From: Candidatus Danuiimicrobium aquiferis
GTDB lineage: Bacteria > Omnitrophota > Omnitrophia > Omnitrophales > Danuiimicrobiaceae
Direction: 5' to 3'
Length of the DNA stretch: 64,000 nt
Assembly (NCBI GenBank): GCA_001804285.1
Contig: MHFR01000037.1
Span: 19,552 to 83,551 of the forward strand
This document shows positions 11,164 through 21,572 of this stretch, in pieces; the stretch's first letter is position 1; the number at the start of each line of letters is the position of its first letter. Below the pieces are notes generated by a model that saw only the letters and a list, made by a program, of their open reading frames with translations, was not told where the DNA came from and searched no databases. A program made the position numbers and the translations under genes.

Positions 11164-11370
11164 GTGGCACATCCAAAAAGAAGACATTCAAATATGCGGA
11201 GCCGCCTTCGGCGGACGCACGACACTCTAAAACTAAACTCGCTCTCAAAGTGTTCGAATTGTGGACATACAATGATGTCCCATAGAATCTGTCCCAAGTG
11301 CGGATTTTATAAAGGAAAGCAAGTCATTACAATCAAAACCAAAGACAAAAAAAATTCGGACAACTCATGA
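11164..11370 (+). CDS. rpmF: 50S ribosomal protein L32 (Zn-ribbon type)
   Basis: AHPKRRHS...CSNCG...HRICPKCGFYKG; GTG 11164 after AAGGAAGG. Confidence 0.95.
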   Translation: MAHPKRRHSNMRSRLRRTHDTLKLNSLSKCSNCGHTMMSHRICPKCGFYKGKQVITIKTKDKKNSDNS

Positions 11371-12431
11371 TTAAAATCGCTATAGACGGAATGGGAGGAG
11401 ATTTCGCGCCTCAAGTTACAGTCGCAGGTGCAGTTGAAGCCGCCAACAGCTTTGACGATATTGAGGTGATTATTGTCGGTCGCGAAGATGCGATTAAGCG
11501 GGAACTTTATAAACACAAAGTAGTCGGTGGTAAAATTTCCATCAAACACGCTTCCGACATGATCGAAATGAGCGATTCACCAGTGCAGTCAATCAAAAAA
11601 AAGAAAGATTCATCTCTCAGCGTTGCCATTGATCTCATTAAGCAAAAGGAAGCGCAAGCAGTTGTCACGGCGGGAAACACTGGTGCTGCCGTAGCTGCTT
11701 CAACCTTACAATTGGGATTGTTGCCGGGCATTAAACGCCCAGGAATTGCAATTATGCTTCCTACACCACACGGAATATCCATCGCCATTGATGTTGGCGC
11801 AAATATCAATCCCACATCCGAACATCTCCTCCAGTACGCGATTATGGCCAATATTTACGCACGGTATCTCCTCAAGAAAAAACAACCTTCGATTGGCTTA
11901 TTAAACATCGGAGAAGAAGAATCGAAAGGAACCGAACTTCAAAAGGAAACTTATAAATTACTGAGGGACTCCAATTTAAATTTTATCGGAAACATTGAAG
12001 GCCGCGATTTTTTTACGGGAAAAGTTGACTGCATCGTTTGCGACGGATTTGTCGGAAACGTCACGTTGAAACTGACCGAAAGCCTTCTGGAAATGATGAT
12101 CTCTCTTATTTCAAAGGAGATTTCAAAAAACTGGCTCGCCAAAATCGGCGCGATTTTATGCAAATCGGCATTTGACTCCATCCGAAAAGATACCAATTAC
12201 GAAGAGGCCGGCGGGGCACCACTTCTTGGAGTCAACGGAATTGTCATCATCAGCCACGGCATTTCTTCCGCACGTGCCATTTCAAATGCAATTCGCGTTG
12301 CACGGGACGCCGTCGTTGAAAGAATCAACGACCATATTATTGACGGAATCACCGAATACTCAAAAATGCATTTGGAATCCGCGACAAATTCAAGCACACA
12401 ACAGCATCCAACTCCCCGGGTTATTTCATAA
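11367..12431 (+). CDS. plsX: Phosphate acyltransferase PlsX
   Basis: IAIDGMGGDFAP, AGNTGA, DVGAN, CDGFVGN. Confidence 0.96.
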   Translation: MIKIAIDGMGGDFAPQVTVAGAVEAANSFDDIEVIIVGREDAIKRELYKHKVVGGKISIKHASDMIEMSDSPVQSIKKKKDSSLSVAIDLIKQKEAQAVVTAGNTGAAVAASTLQLGLLPGIKRPGIAIMLPTPHGISIAIDVGANINPTSEHLLQYAIMANIYARYLLKKKQPSIGLLNIGEEESKGTELQKETYKLLRDSNLNFIGNIEGRDFFTGKVDCIVCDGFVGNVTLKLTESLLEMMISLISKEISKNWLAKIGAILCKSAFDSIRKDTNYEEAGGAPLLGVNGIVIISHGISSARAISNAIRVARDAVVERINDHIIDGITEYSKMHLESATNSSTQQHPTPRVIS

Positions 12432-12433
12432 CC

Positions 12434-13417
12434 ATGCATGCTCAATCCATTGGAATTTTAGGACTGGGGGCGTATCTGCCCGAAAAAGTATTGACTAATT
12501 TTGATCTCGAAAAAATAGTAGATACCACCGACGAATGGATCCGGACTCGGACGGGAATACACGAACGGAGAGTTTCGGAAAAAGGAATAGCCACAAGCGA
12601 TCTTGCCTCAAAGGCTTCCCTGGAAGCCCTTCAAAACGCAAATCTGAAACCTGAGGATCTTGATTTAATCATTTGTGCAACGATTACGCCGGATACGTTA
12701 TTTCCGTCTACCGCCTGTTATATCCAAAATAAAATCGGCGCAAAATGTCCGGGTTTTGATATTTCAGCGGCATGCTCAGGCTTTCCGTATGCCCTCACAA
12801 TCGCAAACGGCTTAGTTAAATCCGGAATGTACAAAAAGATTCTCGTGATTGGCGCTGAAGTCCTTTCCAACTTTATCAATTGGAAAGACCGTTCTACGTG
12901 CGTTTTGTTCGGCGATGGCGCCGGCGCCGCTATCATCGGCGAGGTGAATAACGGCCATGGAATTATTGCAACTTATTTAGGGGCGGATGGCGCACAAACA
13001 GAAATTCTTAAAATTCCGGGAGGGGGCTCCGCAATTCCTCTCACTGTTGAAACGTTAGAGGCCGGAAAACAATATGTTTATATGGAAGGGAAGGAAGTCT
13101 TCAAATTAGCCGTCCGTAGCATGTGTGATGCCATTGAAAAAGTGGTCGAGCTGGGTGGTCTTCGGATCGAAGATATTGATTGCCTGATTCCACATCAAGC
13201 CAATATTCGGATATTAGATGCCGTAACCGATCGCGCAGGCATTCCGTCGGAAAAAGTTTTTATTAATGTAAATCGCTATGGCAATATGTCAGCCGCATCA
13301 ACACCGGTCGCATTGTATGAAGCAGTCAAACAAGGAATGATTAAAAAAGGATCGAATGTCGTTCTGGTCGCGTTCGGAAGCGGATTAACATGGGCAGCCT
13401 GCCTCATCAAATGGTAA
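12434..13417 (+). CDS. fabH: 3-oxoacyl-ACP synthase III
   Basis: AACSGF, HQAN, YGNMSAAS catalytic triad. Confidence 0.96.
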   Translation: MHAQSIGILGLGAYLPEKVLTNFDLEKIVDTTDEWIRTRTGIHERRVSEKGIATSDLASKASLEALQNANLKPEDLDLIICATITPDTLFPSTACYIQNKIGAKCPGFDISAACSGFPYALTIANGLVKSGMYKKILVIGAEVLSNFINWKDRSTCVLFGDGAGAAIIGEVNNGHGIIATYLGADGAQTEILKIPGGGSAIPLTVETLEAGKQYVYMEGKEVFKLAVRSMCDAIEKVVELGGLRIEDIDCLIPHQANIRILDAVTDRAGIPSEKVFINVNRYGNMSAASTPVALYEAVKQGMIKKGSNVVLVAFGSGLTWAACLIKW

Positions 13418-13431
13418 CAAAAGGAAAGAAA

Positions 13432-14379
13432 ATGAAACAATTCGGTTTTTTATTTCCGGGACAAGGTGCACAAGCGGTCGGAATGGGATTCGACTTTTAT
13501 CTAAAAAACCAAGCCGCAAAAAAAGTATTTACTCAAGCAGATGAAATTTTAAATTTTCCGGTTACAAGACTATGTTTTGAAGGCCCTGATACCGAACTTG
13601 TTCGCACAAAAAATACGCAAATTGCTATTTTTGTCACCAGCATGGCAACGCTTGAAAGCGTCAAATTACAATTTCCGGACCTTCAACCGCAGGTTTCGTG
13701 TGGCTTAAGCTTGGGAGAATTTACGGCCTTAACCGCAATCGGGGCTATTTCATTTGAAGACGCTCTCAAGCTCGTGCAAATACGCGGGGAATTGATGGAG
13801 CAAGCCGCTGAATCAAATCCTGGCACCATGGCATCTATTATTGGGCTTTCGTTAGACGATATTCGGGAGATTTGCAACGAAACAGGAGCTGTGCCAGCTA
13901 ATATTAACAGCCCGGAACAAGTCGTGATTTCGGGTTCGGTTGATTCGGTTAAACAGGCTTGTGAACTGTGCGAAGCTAACGGCGCAAAGCGTGCCATCCA
14001 GTTGAAAGTCGGAGGTGCATTTCATTCACCGCTGATGAAAAGTGCCGAAGAAGGCTTAAAAAAAGCCCTTCAGAAAATCAGGGTTTCGAAAACAAATATT
14101 CCATTCATTCCCAATGTTACCGGCGAGGTGGTCAACGAGCCCGAAACGATCCGAATGCTGCTGGCCAACCAGTTGACAAGTCCGGTCGAATGGGTTAAAA
14201 CGATGCAGACTTGCCATCAAATGGGATTGCGCGAATTTTTAGAAATGGGACCGGGAAGTGTCTTGAAAGGATTGGCTCGGAAAATCAATTCAGAACTTAT
14301 CGTTTACAATATTAACAAAACAGAACACCTTGAAAAATTAAATACGATGATGCTGGAGGGAACCACCAATGCTTCTTAA
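13432..14379 (+). CDS. fabD: Malonyl-CoA:ACP transacylase
   Basis: FPGQGAQ, GLSLGE, AFHS; ATG 13432 after AAGGA. Confidence 0.95.
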   Translation: MKQFGFLFPGQGAQAVGMGFDFYLKNQAAKKVFTQADEILNFPVTRLCFEGPDTELVRTKNTQIAIFVTSMATLESVKLQFPDLQPQVSCGLSLGEFTALTAIGAISFEDALKLVQIRGELMEQAAESNPGTMASIIGLSLDDIREICNETGAVPANINSPEQVVISGSVDSVKQACELCEANGAKRAIQLKVGGAFHSPLMKSAEEGLKKALQKIRVSKTNIPFIPNVTGEVVNEPETIRMLLANQLTSPVEWVKTMQTCHQMGLREFLEMGPGSVLKGLARKINSELIVYNINKTEHLEKLNTMMLEGTTNAS

Positions 14380-15112
14380 AGATAAGGTCGCCGTTATTAC
14401 GGGTTCAGGGCGCGGTATCGGAAAAGCCATTGCAGAAAAATTCGCGAAAGAGGGCGCAAAACTTGTTCTTTGCGACATCAACGAAGATTGGGTGAAGCTC
14501 GCGAGCGAAGAATTTAAAGAAAAATATGGAACTCAATCAATTTATTTTTCGTTTGATGTGCGTGATGCTGAAAAAATAGATGCTTGTGTCAAAAAAATTC
14601 TTGACACCTTTCAACGTATCGATATACTCCTCAACAATGCTGGCATTACGCGGGATCAGTTGTTAATGATGATGCCGGAAAAAGATTGGGACGATGTTCT
14701 TTCAATTAATTTAAAAAGTGTTTTCTTGTTCACCAAAGCCGTTACGAGACCAATGATTAAACAACGTTGGGGACGTATTATTAATATGGCTTCGGTTGTC
14801 GGGGTAATGGGAAATGCCGGACAGGCAAATTACGCAGCTTCAAAAGGCGGCGTGATTGCGTTCACGAAATCCGTTGCGAAAGAATTGGCAAAGCGCAATG
14901 TGAATTCGAATGCAATAGCTCCCGGTTTTATCATGACCGACATGACAAAAAAGCTGGACGAAAAAGTTCAGGAAGCAGTGAAGCAAAATATCCCACTGGG
15001 CCGTTTCGGCGATCCGGAGGAAGTTGCAAATTTGGCTTTATTTTTAGCTTCTGATTTATCGAACTATATTACAGGTCAAGTCATCCACGTAGACGGTGGA
15101 TTGGTCATGTGA
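14369..15112 (+). CDS. fabG: 3-oxoacyl-ACP reductase
   Basis: TGSGRGIG, NNAGITRD, YAASK. Confidence 0.96.
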   Translation: MLLKDKVAVITGSGRGIGKAIAEKFAKEGAKLVLCDINEDWVKLASEEFKEKYGTQSIYFSFDVRDAEKIDACVKKILDTFQRIDILLNNAGITRDQLLMMMPEKDWDDVLSINLKSVFLFTKAVTRPMIKQRWGRIINMASVVGVMGNAGQANYAASKGGVIAFTKSVAKELAKRNVNSNAIAPGFIMTDMTKKLDEKVQEAVKQNIPLGRFGDPEEVANLALFLASDLSNYITGQVIHVDGGLVM

Positions 15113-15133
15113 ATTTAACAACGGAGGAAAAGA

Positions 15134-15373
15134 ATGGCAATACAAGATAAGATCACTGAAATTATAGTAGAACAACTTGGTGTAAAACCGGAAGAAGTGA
15201 CACCCGAAGCATCGTTTGTCGATGATTTAGGTGCAGATTCTCTCGATACCGTTGAACTCGTCATGGCATTTGAAGAAGAATTTGGAATTGAAATTCCGGA
15301 TGAAGACGCCGAAAAGATTCAAAATGTCGGCGATGCCATTAAGTATATTGACGAAAAAAGCGCTGCCAAGTAA
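15134..15373 (+). CDS. acpP: Acyl carrier protein
   Basis: [14 protein letters not shown]; GGAGG SD. Confidence 0.98.
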   Translation: MAIQDKITEIIVEQLGVKPEEVTPEASFVDDLGADSLDTVELVMAFEEEFGIEIPDEDAEKIQNVGDAIKYIDEKSAAK

Positions 15374-15453
15374 TTGAACTTCATGATTGGCAGTGTTTTG
15401 ACATTAACTATCAAATCAATCGAAGTTTATACTCTCCTTATTTAGACAACAGC

Positions 15454-16701
15454 ATGAAACACCGTGTAGTCATCACAGGCGCAGGATGTGTTACGCCTGT
15501 TGGAAATACAGTCAAGGAATCTTGGGAAGCCATTATTTCGGGAAGAAGCGGGACTGGCAGGGTCACTCAAGTCAATCCCGATCTTTACAGTTCAAAGGTA
15601 GCGGCTGAGGTCAAGGGGTTTGACCCCGCTCAATTTATTCCTGACAAAAAGCAAATCAAAAAAAATGACCGGTTTGTTCAATTTGCAATCGCCGCAAGTC
15701 AAATGGCCGTTGCGGATGCGCAAATCGATCTGAGCAAAGAAGATCTTTACAGAATCGGTGTGCTCATCGGCTCAGGAATTGGCGGATTACGCGTGATTGA
15801 AGAACAACACAAAGTTCTGATGGAACGCGGGCCGGAACGAATTTCACCGTTTCTGATTCCGATGCTGATTGTCAATATGGCACCCGGACAGGTTGCGATT
15901 CAGTTGGGACTTAAAGGGCCTAATTCTTGCGTCGCAACAGCCTGTGCAACCGGTTCGCATGCACTGGGTGATGCCTGCCGGATTATCCAAAGAGGAGAAG
16001 CGGACGTGATGTTATCCGGAGGAACAGAGTCGTGCATTACACCTCTCGGCTTTGCCGGATTTGATAATATGAAAGCACTTTCAACGCTGAATGACGTTCC
16101 AGAAAGAGCCTCCCGGCCCTTTGACAAAACACGAAATGGTTTTGTGATGGGGGAAGGCTGCGGAATTGTCATTCTGGAACGACTGGAAAGGGCACTCAAG
16201 CGGAATGCAAAGATTTATTGCGAACTTGTCGGTTATGGCATGACAGCCGACGCAACACATATGACCGCACCCGATCCAAACGGTTTTGGTGCGCAGCGTT
16301 GTATGGAAATTGCCATGGAAGACGCCGGTATCAAACCGGAAGATGTCGATTATATCAATGCGCATGGAACATCCACTCAGCTGAACGATAAAGTCGAATC
16401 ACTTGCTATTAAAAAAGCTCTGACTGAACCCATTGCAAAAAAGGTCATGGTCAGCTCTACCAAGTCGATGACCGGGCATTTGTTGGGAGCCGGCGGAGCG
16501 GTAGAAGCCATTTTTACCGCACACGCCATTAAGTATGGAATCGTCCCTCCGACGATTAATTATGAATTTCCGGATCCTGATTGCGATTTGGATTATGTCC
16601 CGAATCAAGCACGCCAGAAAAATATCCGAGTTGCCCTATCAAACTCGTTAGGATTTGGCGGACATAATGTCACATTGTGTTTTAAAAAGTTCGAAGGTTA
16701 A
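15454..16701 (+). CDS. fabF: 3-oxoacyl-ACP synthase II
   Basis: TACATG, NAHGTST, KSMTGHLLG, GFGGHN. Confidence 0.97.
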   Translation: MKHRVVITGAGCVTPVGNTVKESWEAIISGRSGTGRVTQVNPDLYSSKVAAEVKGFDPAQFIPDKKQIKKNDRFVQFAIAASQMAVADAQIDLSKEDLYRIGVLIGSGIGGLRVIEEQHKVLMERGPERISPFLIPMLIVNMAPGQVAIQLGLKGPNSCVATACATGSHALGDACRIIQRGEADVMLSGGTESCITPLGFAGFDNMKALSTLNDVPERASRPFDKTRNGFVMGEGCGIVILERLERALKRNAKIYCELVGYGMTADATHMTAPDPNGFGAQRCMEIAMEDAGIKPEDVDYINAHGTSTQLNDKVESLAIKKALTEPIAKKVMVSSTKSMTGHLLGAGGAVEAIFTAHAIKYGIVPPTINYEFPDPDCDLDYVPNQARQKNIRVALSNSLGFGGHNVTLCFKKFEG

Positions 16702-16852
16702 GCCAATCTTCGGATTTTAATCCCGTTTCAGCACTTGTAATACAAACAATAAATCCTGAAGTTAAGATTAAACTCAAGAATACAAACTGACGATATATAA
16801 AGTGTAGTAATACCGCAGATAAGGAAAGGGCAGCGCCGGTTAAAGGCCTTTT

Positions 16853-19800
16853 ATGTATCTAAAAAAAGTTGAACTTTTCGGATTTAAATCTTTTGCTCTC
16901 AAAACGGAAATTGTTTTCGAAAAAGGCGTCACTTGCGTCGTCGGTCCTAACGGTTGCGGAAAGAGTAATATATCAGATTCTATTCGTTGGGTTCTCGGCG
17001 AAAGAAGCGCAAAGCTCCTCCGCGGTGCCAAAATGGAAGACGTTATCTTTGGAGGCACCGAATTTCGAAAACCCTTAAACCTTTGTGAAGTTTCGCTTGT
17101 CATCGATAATACCGATCAAAAACTTCCGCTTCAATATTCCGATGTTGTCATCACGCGTCGGTTACACCGTTCCGGCGAAAGTGAATACCTGATCAACAAA
17201 ACCCCGTGCCGCTTAAAAGATATCCAGGATTTAATCGCGGACACCGGATTGGGTTCAAATTCATACTCGATGATTGAGCAGGGAAGAATCGACTACATTT
17301 TAAATGCCGAAGCCGATGAGCGCCGCTATTTAATTGAAGAAGCGGCAGGCATTTCAAAATATAAAATAAAAAAAGAAGAAGCCATTCGGAAACTTGAACG
17401 CACAGATCAAAACCTTTTGCGTCTGAATGATATCGTTGCCGAAGTCGAGCGCAACATCAAATACGCAGAACGGCAGGCAAAACGGGCCGCCCGTTTTAAG
17501 GACCAACTCGAACAGCTGAAAGTGATGGAAATTAAAAAAGCATTTGAGGAACTTCGGCACTGTGAAGAACAAACGTCTGGGCTCGATCAAAAACGAGCGG
17601 CTCACCAAGAAACCTTAAATCGCATGGAAGAGCAACTCTCTACCAAAAATAAAACGATGAGCGAGCTTGAAGCGCGTCTTAGGGAGCTTGAACAATTATT
17701 CTATGCACAGGAAGCCATCCGCTCCGACATCAAGCAAAAGCAAGTTTCGATTGAGGATCATGAGAAATTTTATCGTGAAAAAATCGAAACTCTGAAACTA
17801 TCCAATGAAAAAGTACTTGGCGAAATCGAGTCTCTTAAAAAACGCTTGGCCGTCGTCAACGGCGAAATCGTACGGAAAGAAGCCGAATACAAAGCGATCT
17901 TGAGAGACCGTGATGACATCCTCCGGAATAAATTAGAGAAAGAATCCGTTTTAGAAACGTTCGCGTCAAAAGACGCAATTCACCAAAACGAATTACAGCA
18001 AAACAAGACCCGGTTGTTCGATTTGGCACGCGAAATTTCTGATTTAAAAAATAAAATCTCAAAAATCGATTCGGATCTGCAATCCATTGAACGTTCTAAA
18101 CATCATTTTTACGCGCAAAAGGATAAACATCTCGCCTCATTGGACAGCCTGTTGGAACGCAATCTCGTCATACGAGAACTAAAAGATTTTTTACAGATTA
18201 AGATTCTTGAGGCTGAGAAAAATCTGCGCACCGTGCTCAACGAGAAAGAAGAAGTCGCGTCCTATTTACAACAACTCTTAAGAGAATCCACTGAACACAT
18301 TATGGAAAAGGCGAAAATCGAAAGCCAAATCCAAATTTTTCAAGAACAGCATGATGCCTATCAAAAAGATTTGAAAGATGCAGGGTCTGCATCCACTGAA
18401 ACCCTTAAATTAGATTTCGTAAAAATCCTATCGGAAACAATTTCGGTCAAACCAGGTTACGAAGCCGCCTTGGAAACTGCACTGGATGAACTTACAAGCA
18501 GCCTTATCGCTTCCGATCTGGATTCTGCCGCCACGATGGTCAAACAATTGAAAGGAGCAAATGCCAGGCGGTTAAATATTCTTATTAGAAGCGATCTGGC
18601 AGGTGTAGGAGATTGGCTGGAAGATAAAATAACAGCGGCACATCCTCTTGTTGGAATACCTTTATTAAATGTTGTCGAAATCGAAGAAGGCTATAGCCCA
18701 TTGATACGTGAGTTGCTGAAAGATGTTTACATTATAAAAGATTGCGCGATTGAACGCCTGAGGGAGGTGCTTGCCTTATCAAAAGCTTCAACCTTTGTGA
18801 CAAAATCCGGATATTTTTTGTTTGCAGCAAATAGAATCTTTTATCGGAATCCCAGCAATCAAAAAACAGACCCCCCTCCTTGGACGGCCAAAAAAGACAT
18901 GCGCGAACTTCGTCAAACTTTGGATAAAGCCTCCGAAAAAATCAACAACATCAACAATTTGTGCTATCAATACGAAGAGCGCCTTTTAATCCTAACCAAA
19001 GAAGAAGATAAGTTCCGGGAAGATTTAAAAAAATGTCAGTCAGCACATGCCCGCATATCTGCCTCCTTTGATGGAATACGTGAACAAGCAATTAGTATTT
19101 TTTCCGAACTGAGGTTAATCACCGCAGAGGGGATCCAAAATGCGGCCGAAATGAAGCAACTGCGAGAAGAGCGAACCGCTTATTCGGGCTCCTTAACAAA
19201 TCTTGAAGCAACAGAAGCAGACCTACGCGCGATATTTGATAAACTGCAACACGCCATCAGCGTTCTTAAAGAGCAAAAAGACCATGTTGTCCGAGATCTT
19301 TCCTATATTTTGGCGCGCTTCGAAGTCTTACGCGAAAAGGAAGATGATATTGAAAACGGCTTGGCGTTCTTAAAAGGCCAATATTCAGATATTGACCAAC
19401 GCGTACTTATATTGACCTCTGAAAGGGAAATAGCTGCTAAGGAAGTTTCCAAACTCACTGAGGAGCTCACAAAGCTTGAAGAAGAAAAAATCATGGTCAA
19501 TCAACAGGTCATTGAGAAAACCGTTCTCGTTGAACACACCAAAAAGGAACGCAACGAAGTTCAAACTTATCGTGAAACACTCCTGTCGGAACTCAATGAA
19601 TTGACACGGTCTGTATCCGACGAGAAACAAAAATTTCACGAAATCAGCATTGAGGAAATTGAAATCGGGCATCGGAAAGAAAATGCACGTCATGAATTGC
19701 AAACACGTTATAAAATTTCTCTCACCGAATTAAATCCTGACGATTACGTTATTGCGGACGAAGAACGCCCGATGATGGAAGAGGAAATCGAGAAGCTCCG

Positions 19801-20476
19801 TTCTAAGCTCGATGAAATTGGCCCCGTTAATTTACTGGCGATTGAAGAACACGATGAACTCAACCAGCGCTACCAGTTTTTAGTGGCTCAACAGAAGGAT
19901 TTGATTGATTCGAAGGAGCAACTGCTCGAAACCATTCGAAAGATTAACAGGACAACCAAGAAATTATTTGATGAAACCTTTTTGAAAGTAAAAGAATCTT
20001 TTCAATCATATTTTAAGGTTTTATTCAGCGGCGGACATGCCGATTTAATCTTGTTAGACGAATTGCATCCACTCGATTCCGGAATCGATATTATCGCACG
20101 CCCTCCCGGCAAAAAGCCGCAACATATTACGCTTCTTTCCGGCGGCGAAAAAGCGATGACTGCCTTAGCATTGCTTTTTTCGCTTTTTTCTGTCCGCCCT
20201 TCTCCTTTTTGCGTATTGGACGAAGTCGATGCGCCGCTTGACGAGGCAAATACGGATCGCTTCTTAAGCGTGTTAAAACCGTTCCTCGATACGACCCAAT
20301 TTATCATCGTGACACACAGCCGAAAAACCATTTCGATCGGTGATTCGTTATATGGAATCACAATGGAAGAACCAGGCGTCTCCAAAATAGTGTCGGTAAG
20401 ATTGTCTCACGATGTCGAGGGAATTGAGCATGAAGACTCTAAACTGGCAGAGGAATTCAATAAAGTCTTAGTCTAA
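16853..20476 (+). CDS. smc: Chromosome segregation protein SMC
   Basis: GFKSFA, GPNGCGKSN, long coiled coils, LSGGEK, LDEVDAPLD. Confidence 0.96.
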   Translation: MYLKKVELFGFKSFALKTEIVFEKGVTCVVGPNGCGKSNISDSIRWVLGERSAKLLRGAKMEDVIFGGTEFRKPLNLCEVSLVIDNTDQKLPLQYSDVVITRRLHRSGESEYLINKTPCRLKDIQDLIADTGLGSNSYSMIEQGRIDYILNAEADERRYLIEEAAGISKYKIKKEEAIRKLERTDQNLLRLNDIVAEVERNIKYAERQAKRAARFKDQLEQLKVMEIKKAFEELRHCEEQTSGLDQKRAAHQETLNRMEEQLSTKNKTMSELEARLRELEQLFYAQEAIRSDIKQKQVSIEDHEKFYREKIETLKLSNEKVLGEIESLKKRLAVVNGEIVRKEAEYKAILRDRDDILRNKLEKESVLETFASKDAIHQNELQQNKTRLFDLAREISDLKNKISKIDSDLQSIERSKHHFYAQKDKHLASLDSLLERNLVIRELKDFLQIKILEAEKNLRTVLNEKEEVASYLQQLLRESTEHIMEKAKIESQIQIFQEQHDAYQKDLKDAGSASTETLKLDFVKILSETISVKPGYEAALETALDELTSSLIASDLDSAATMVKQLKGANARRLNILIRSDLAGVGDWLEDKITAAHPLVGIPLLNVVEIEEGYSPLIRELLKDVYIIKDCAIERLREVLALSKASTFVTKSGYFLFAANRIFYRNPSNQKTDPPPWTAKKDMRELRQTLDKASEKINNINNLCYQYEERLLILTKEEDKFREDLKKCQSAHARISASFDGIREQAISIFSELRLITAEGIQNAAEMKQLREERTAYSGSLTNLEATEADLRAIFDKLQHAISVLKEQKDHVVRDLSYILARFEVLREKEDDIENGLAFLKGQYSDIDQRVLILTSEREIAAKEVSKLTEELTKLEEEKIMVNQQVIEKTVLVEHTKKERNEVQTYRETLLSELNELTRSVSDEKQKFHEISIEEIEIGHRKENARHELQTRYKISLTELNPDDYVIADEERPMMEEEIEKLRSKLDEIGPVNLLAIEEHDELNQRYQFLVAQQKDLIDSKEQLLETIRKINRTTKKLFDETFLKVKESFQSYFKVLFSGGHADLILLDELHPLDSGIDIIARPPGKKPQHITLLSGGEKAMTALALLFSLFSVRPSPFCVLDEVDAPLDEANTDRFLSVLKPFLDTTQFIIVTHSRKTISIGDSLYGITMEEPGVSKIVSVRLSHDVEGIEHEDSKLAEEFNKVLV

Positions 20477-20492
20477 TCTTCAGTGTGAGAAC

Positions 20493-21050
20493 TTGAATAT
20501 ACCGAATTTTATCACACTCATACGAATCTTACTTGTCCCGGGTATTGTAACTTGCATTGCTTACGCAAATAACACACAGCAGAATTTAAAACTTTGCGCA
20601 TTTCTCCTTTTTATTGTTGCCATTATCACAGACGGTTTGGATGGATATATTGCACGCCGATTCAATTTAAAAACTCAACTGGGCACCTTCTTAGATCCAT
20701 TTGCGGATAAGTTGCTTTTGGTATCCTGCTTCGTCGCCATTTCACTGTCCAGCGCTTATCTTATCAAGCCACCGGCATGGATTATCATCATCATTGTCTT
20801 CAGAGAACTCGTCCTTGTTTGCGGACTTTTGATTCTTTTTTTCACCACGAACAAAATGACCATCAGACCAAACTATTTCGGAAAAATCACAACCGTCCTT
20901 CAAATGATCGCTGTGATCATGCTGCTTGGTCAATGGCATATCACCGAATATCTTTGGTACATCCTTGCGATCGTAACGAGCGCATCAGGCCTCATTTATG
21001 TATTCCGCGACCTCAAACAAATGAATTCGAACGGAAAACATTTAGCTTGA
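20493..21050 (+). CDS. pgsA: CDP-alcohol phosphatidyltransferase (PgsA-like)
   Basis: PN..T..R, DGLDGYIARR...G..LDP.ADK; TTG start. Confidence 0.85.
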   Translation: MNIPNFITLIRILLVPGIVTCIAYANNTQQNLKLCAFLLFIVAIITDGLDGYIARRFNLKTQLGTFLDPFADKLLLVSCFVAISLSSAYLIKPPAWIIIIIVFRELVLVCGLLILFFTTNKMTIRPNYFGKITTVLQMIAVIMLLGQWHITEYLWYILAIVTSASGLIYVFRDLKQMNSNGKHLA

Positions 21051-21074
21051 CAGACCCATCAATATTTATATAAT
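21047..21074 (+). promoter_or_regulatory. Sigma70-type promoter overlapping pgsA stop
   Basis: TTGACA-16 bp-TATAAT; the TGA in the -35 is the pgsA stop codon. Confidence 0.7.
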
Positions 21075-21152
21075 GCATAAAGAATTTGCTGAAAAAGCAA
21101 TATTCCTTCCTTACTTTCCCGCAAAAAAATAACAAAAAGGAGACCTATTACC

Positions 21153-21398
21153 ATGGAAAATTCTAAATGTTACAGCTTTGCGCGGGGAGAAAATGAATCA
21201 ATTTTCGTTACCTTAAAGGAATATAAACAAAAGAAATACGTTGATTTACGGCTTTATTTCCGGCCGGAGGGGAAAGAAGAGATGGTGCCAACAAAGAAGG
21301 GAATTACGATCGGTTGTGAATATTTGGGTGATCTCAAAAAAGCCATTCTAATGTGTGAATCCGATTTAGCACCGACCAACGTAAAGGCACATTGCTAA
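21153..21398 (+). CDS. PC4/YdbC-like (transcriptional coactivator p15 family) ssDNA-binding protein
   Basis: EYK.K.YVDLR.YF...PTKKGITI signature; AAGGAG SD. Confidence 0.85.
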   Translation: MENSKCYSFARGENESIFVTLKEYKQKKYVDLRLYFRPEGKEEMVPTKKGITIGCEYLGDLKKAILMCESDLAPTNVKAHC

Positions 21399-21411
21399 AG
21401 AGAAGAAATTC

Positions 21412-21440
21412 TTTACAAGGTTTGGCTAAGTCTGTATAAT
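21412..21440 (+). promoter_or_regulatory. Sigma70-type promoter of recA
   Basis: TTTACA-17 bp-TATAAT. Confidence 0.7.
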
Positions 21441-21572
21441 TCAACATGTTACGAATAAAAACCGGTTTCATAGCTTCAGAAATAACCGCATTATTTTCTG
21501 ACATCATTTTTCTACGATTCCGGAATAAAAATTTTCCATGGCGCGAGGCAATTCGCGCCGAAGGGGTTCAAA

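Noticed and set aside
15398-15433. TTGACA...TATACT upstream of fabF
   Set aside because: Spacer of about 24 bp is too long for a sigma70 promoter
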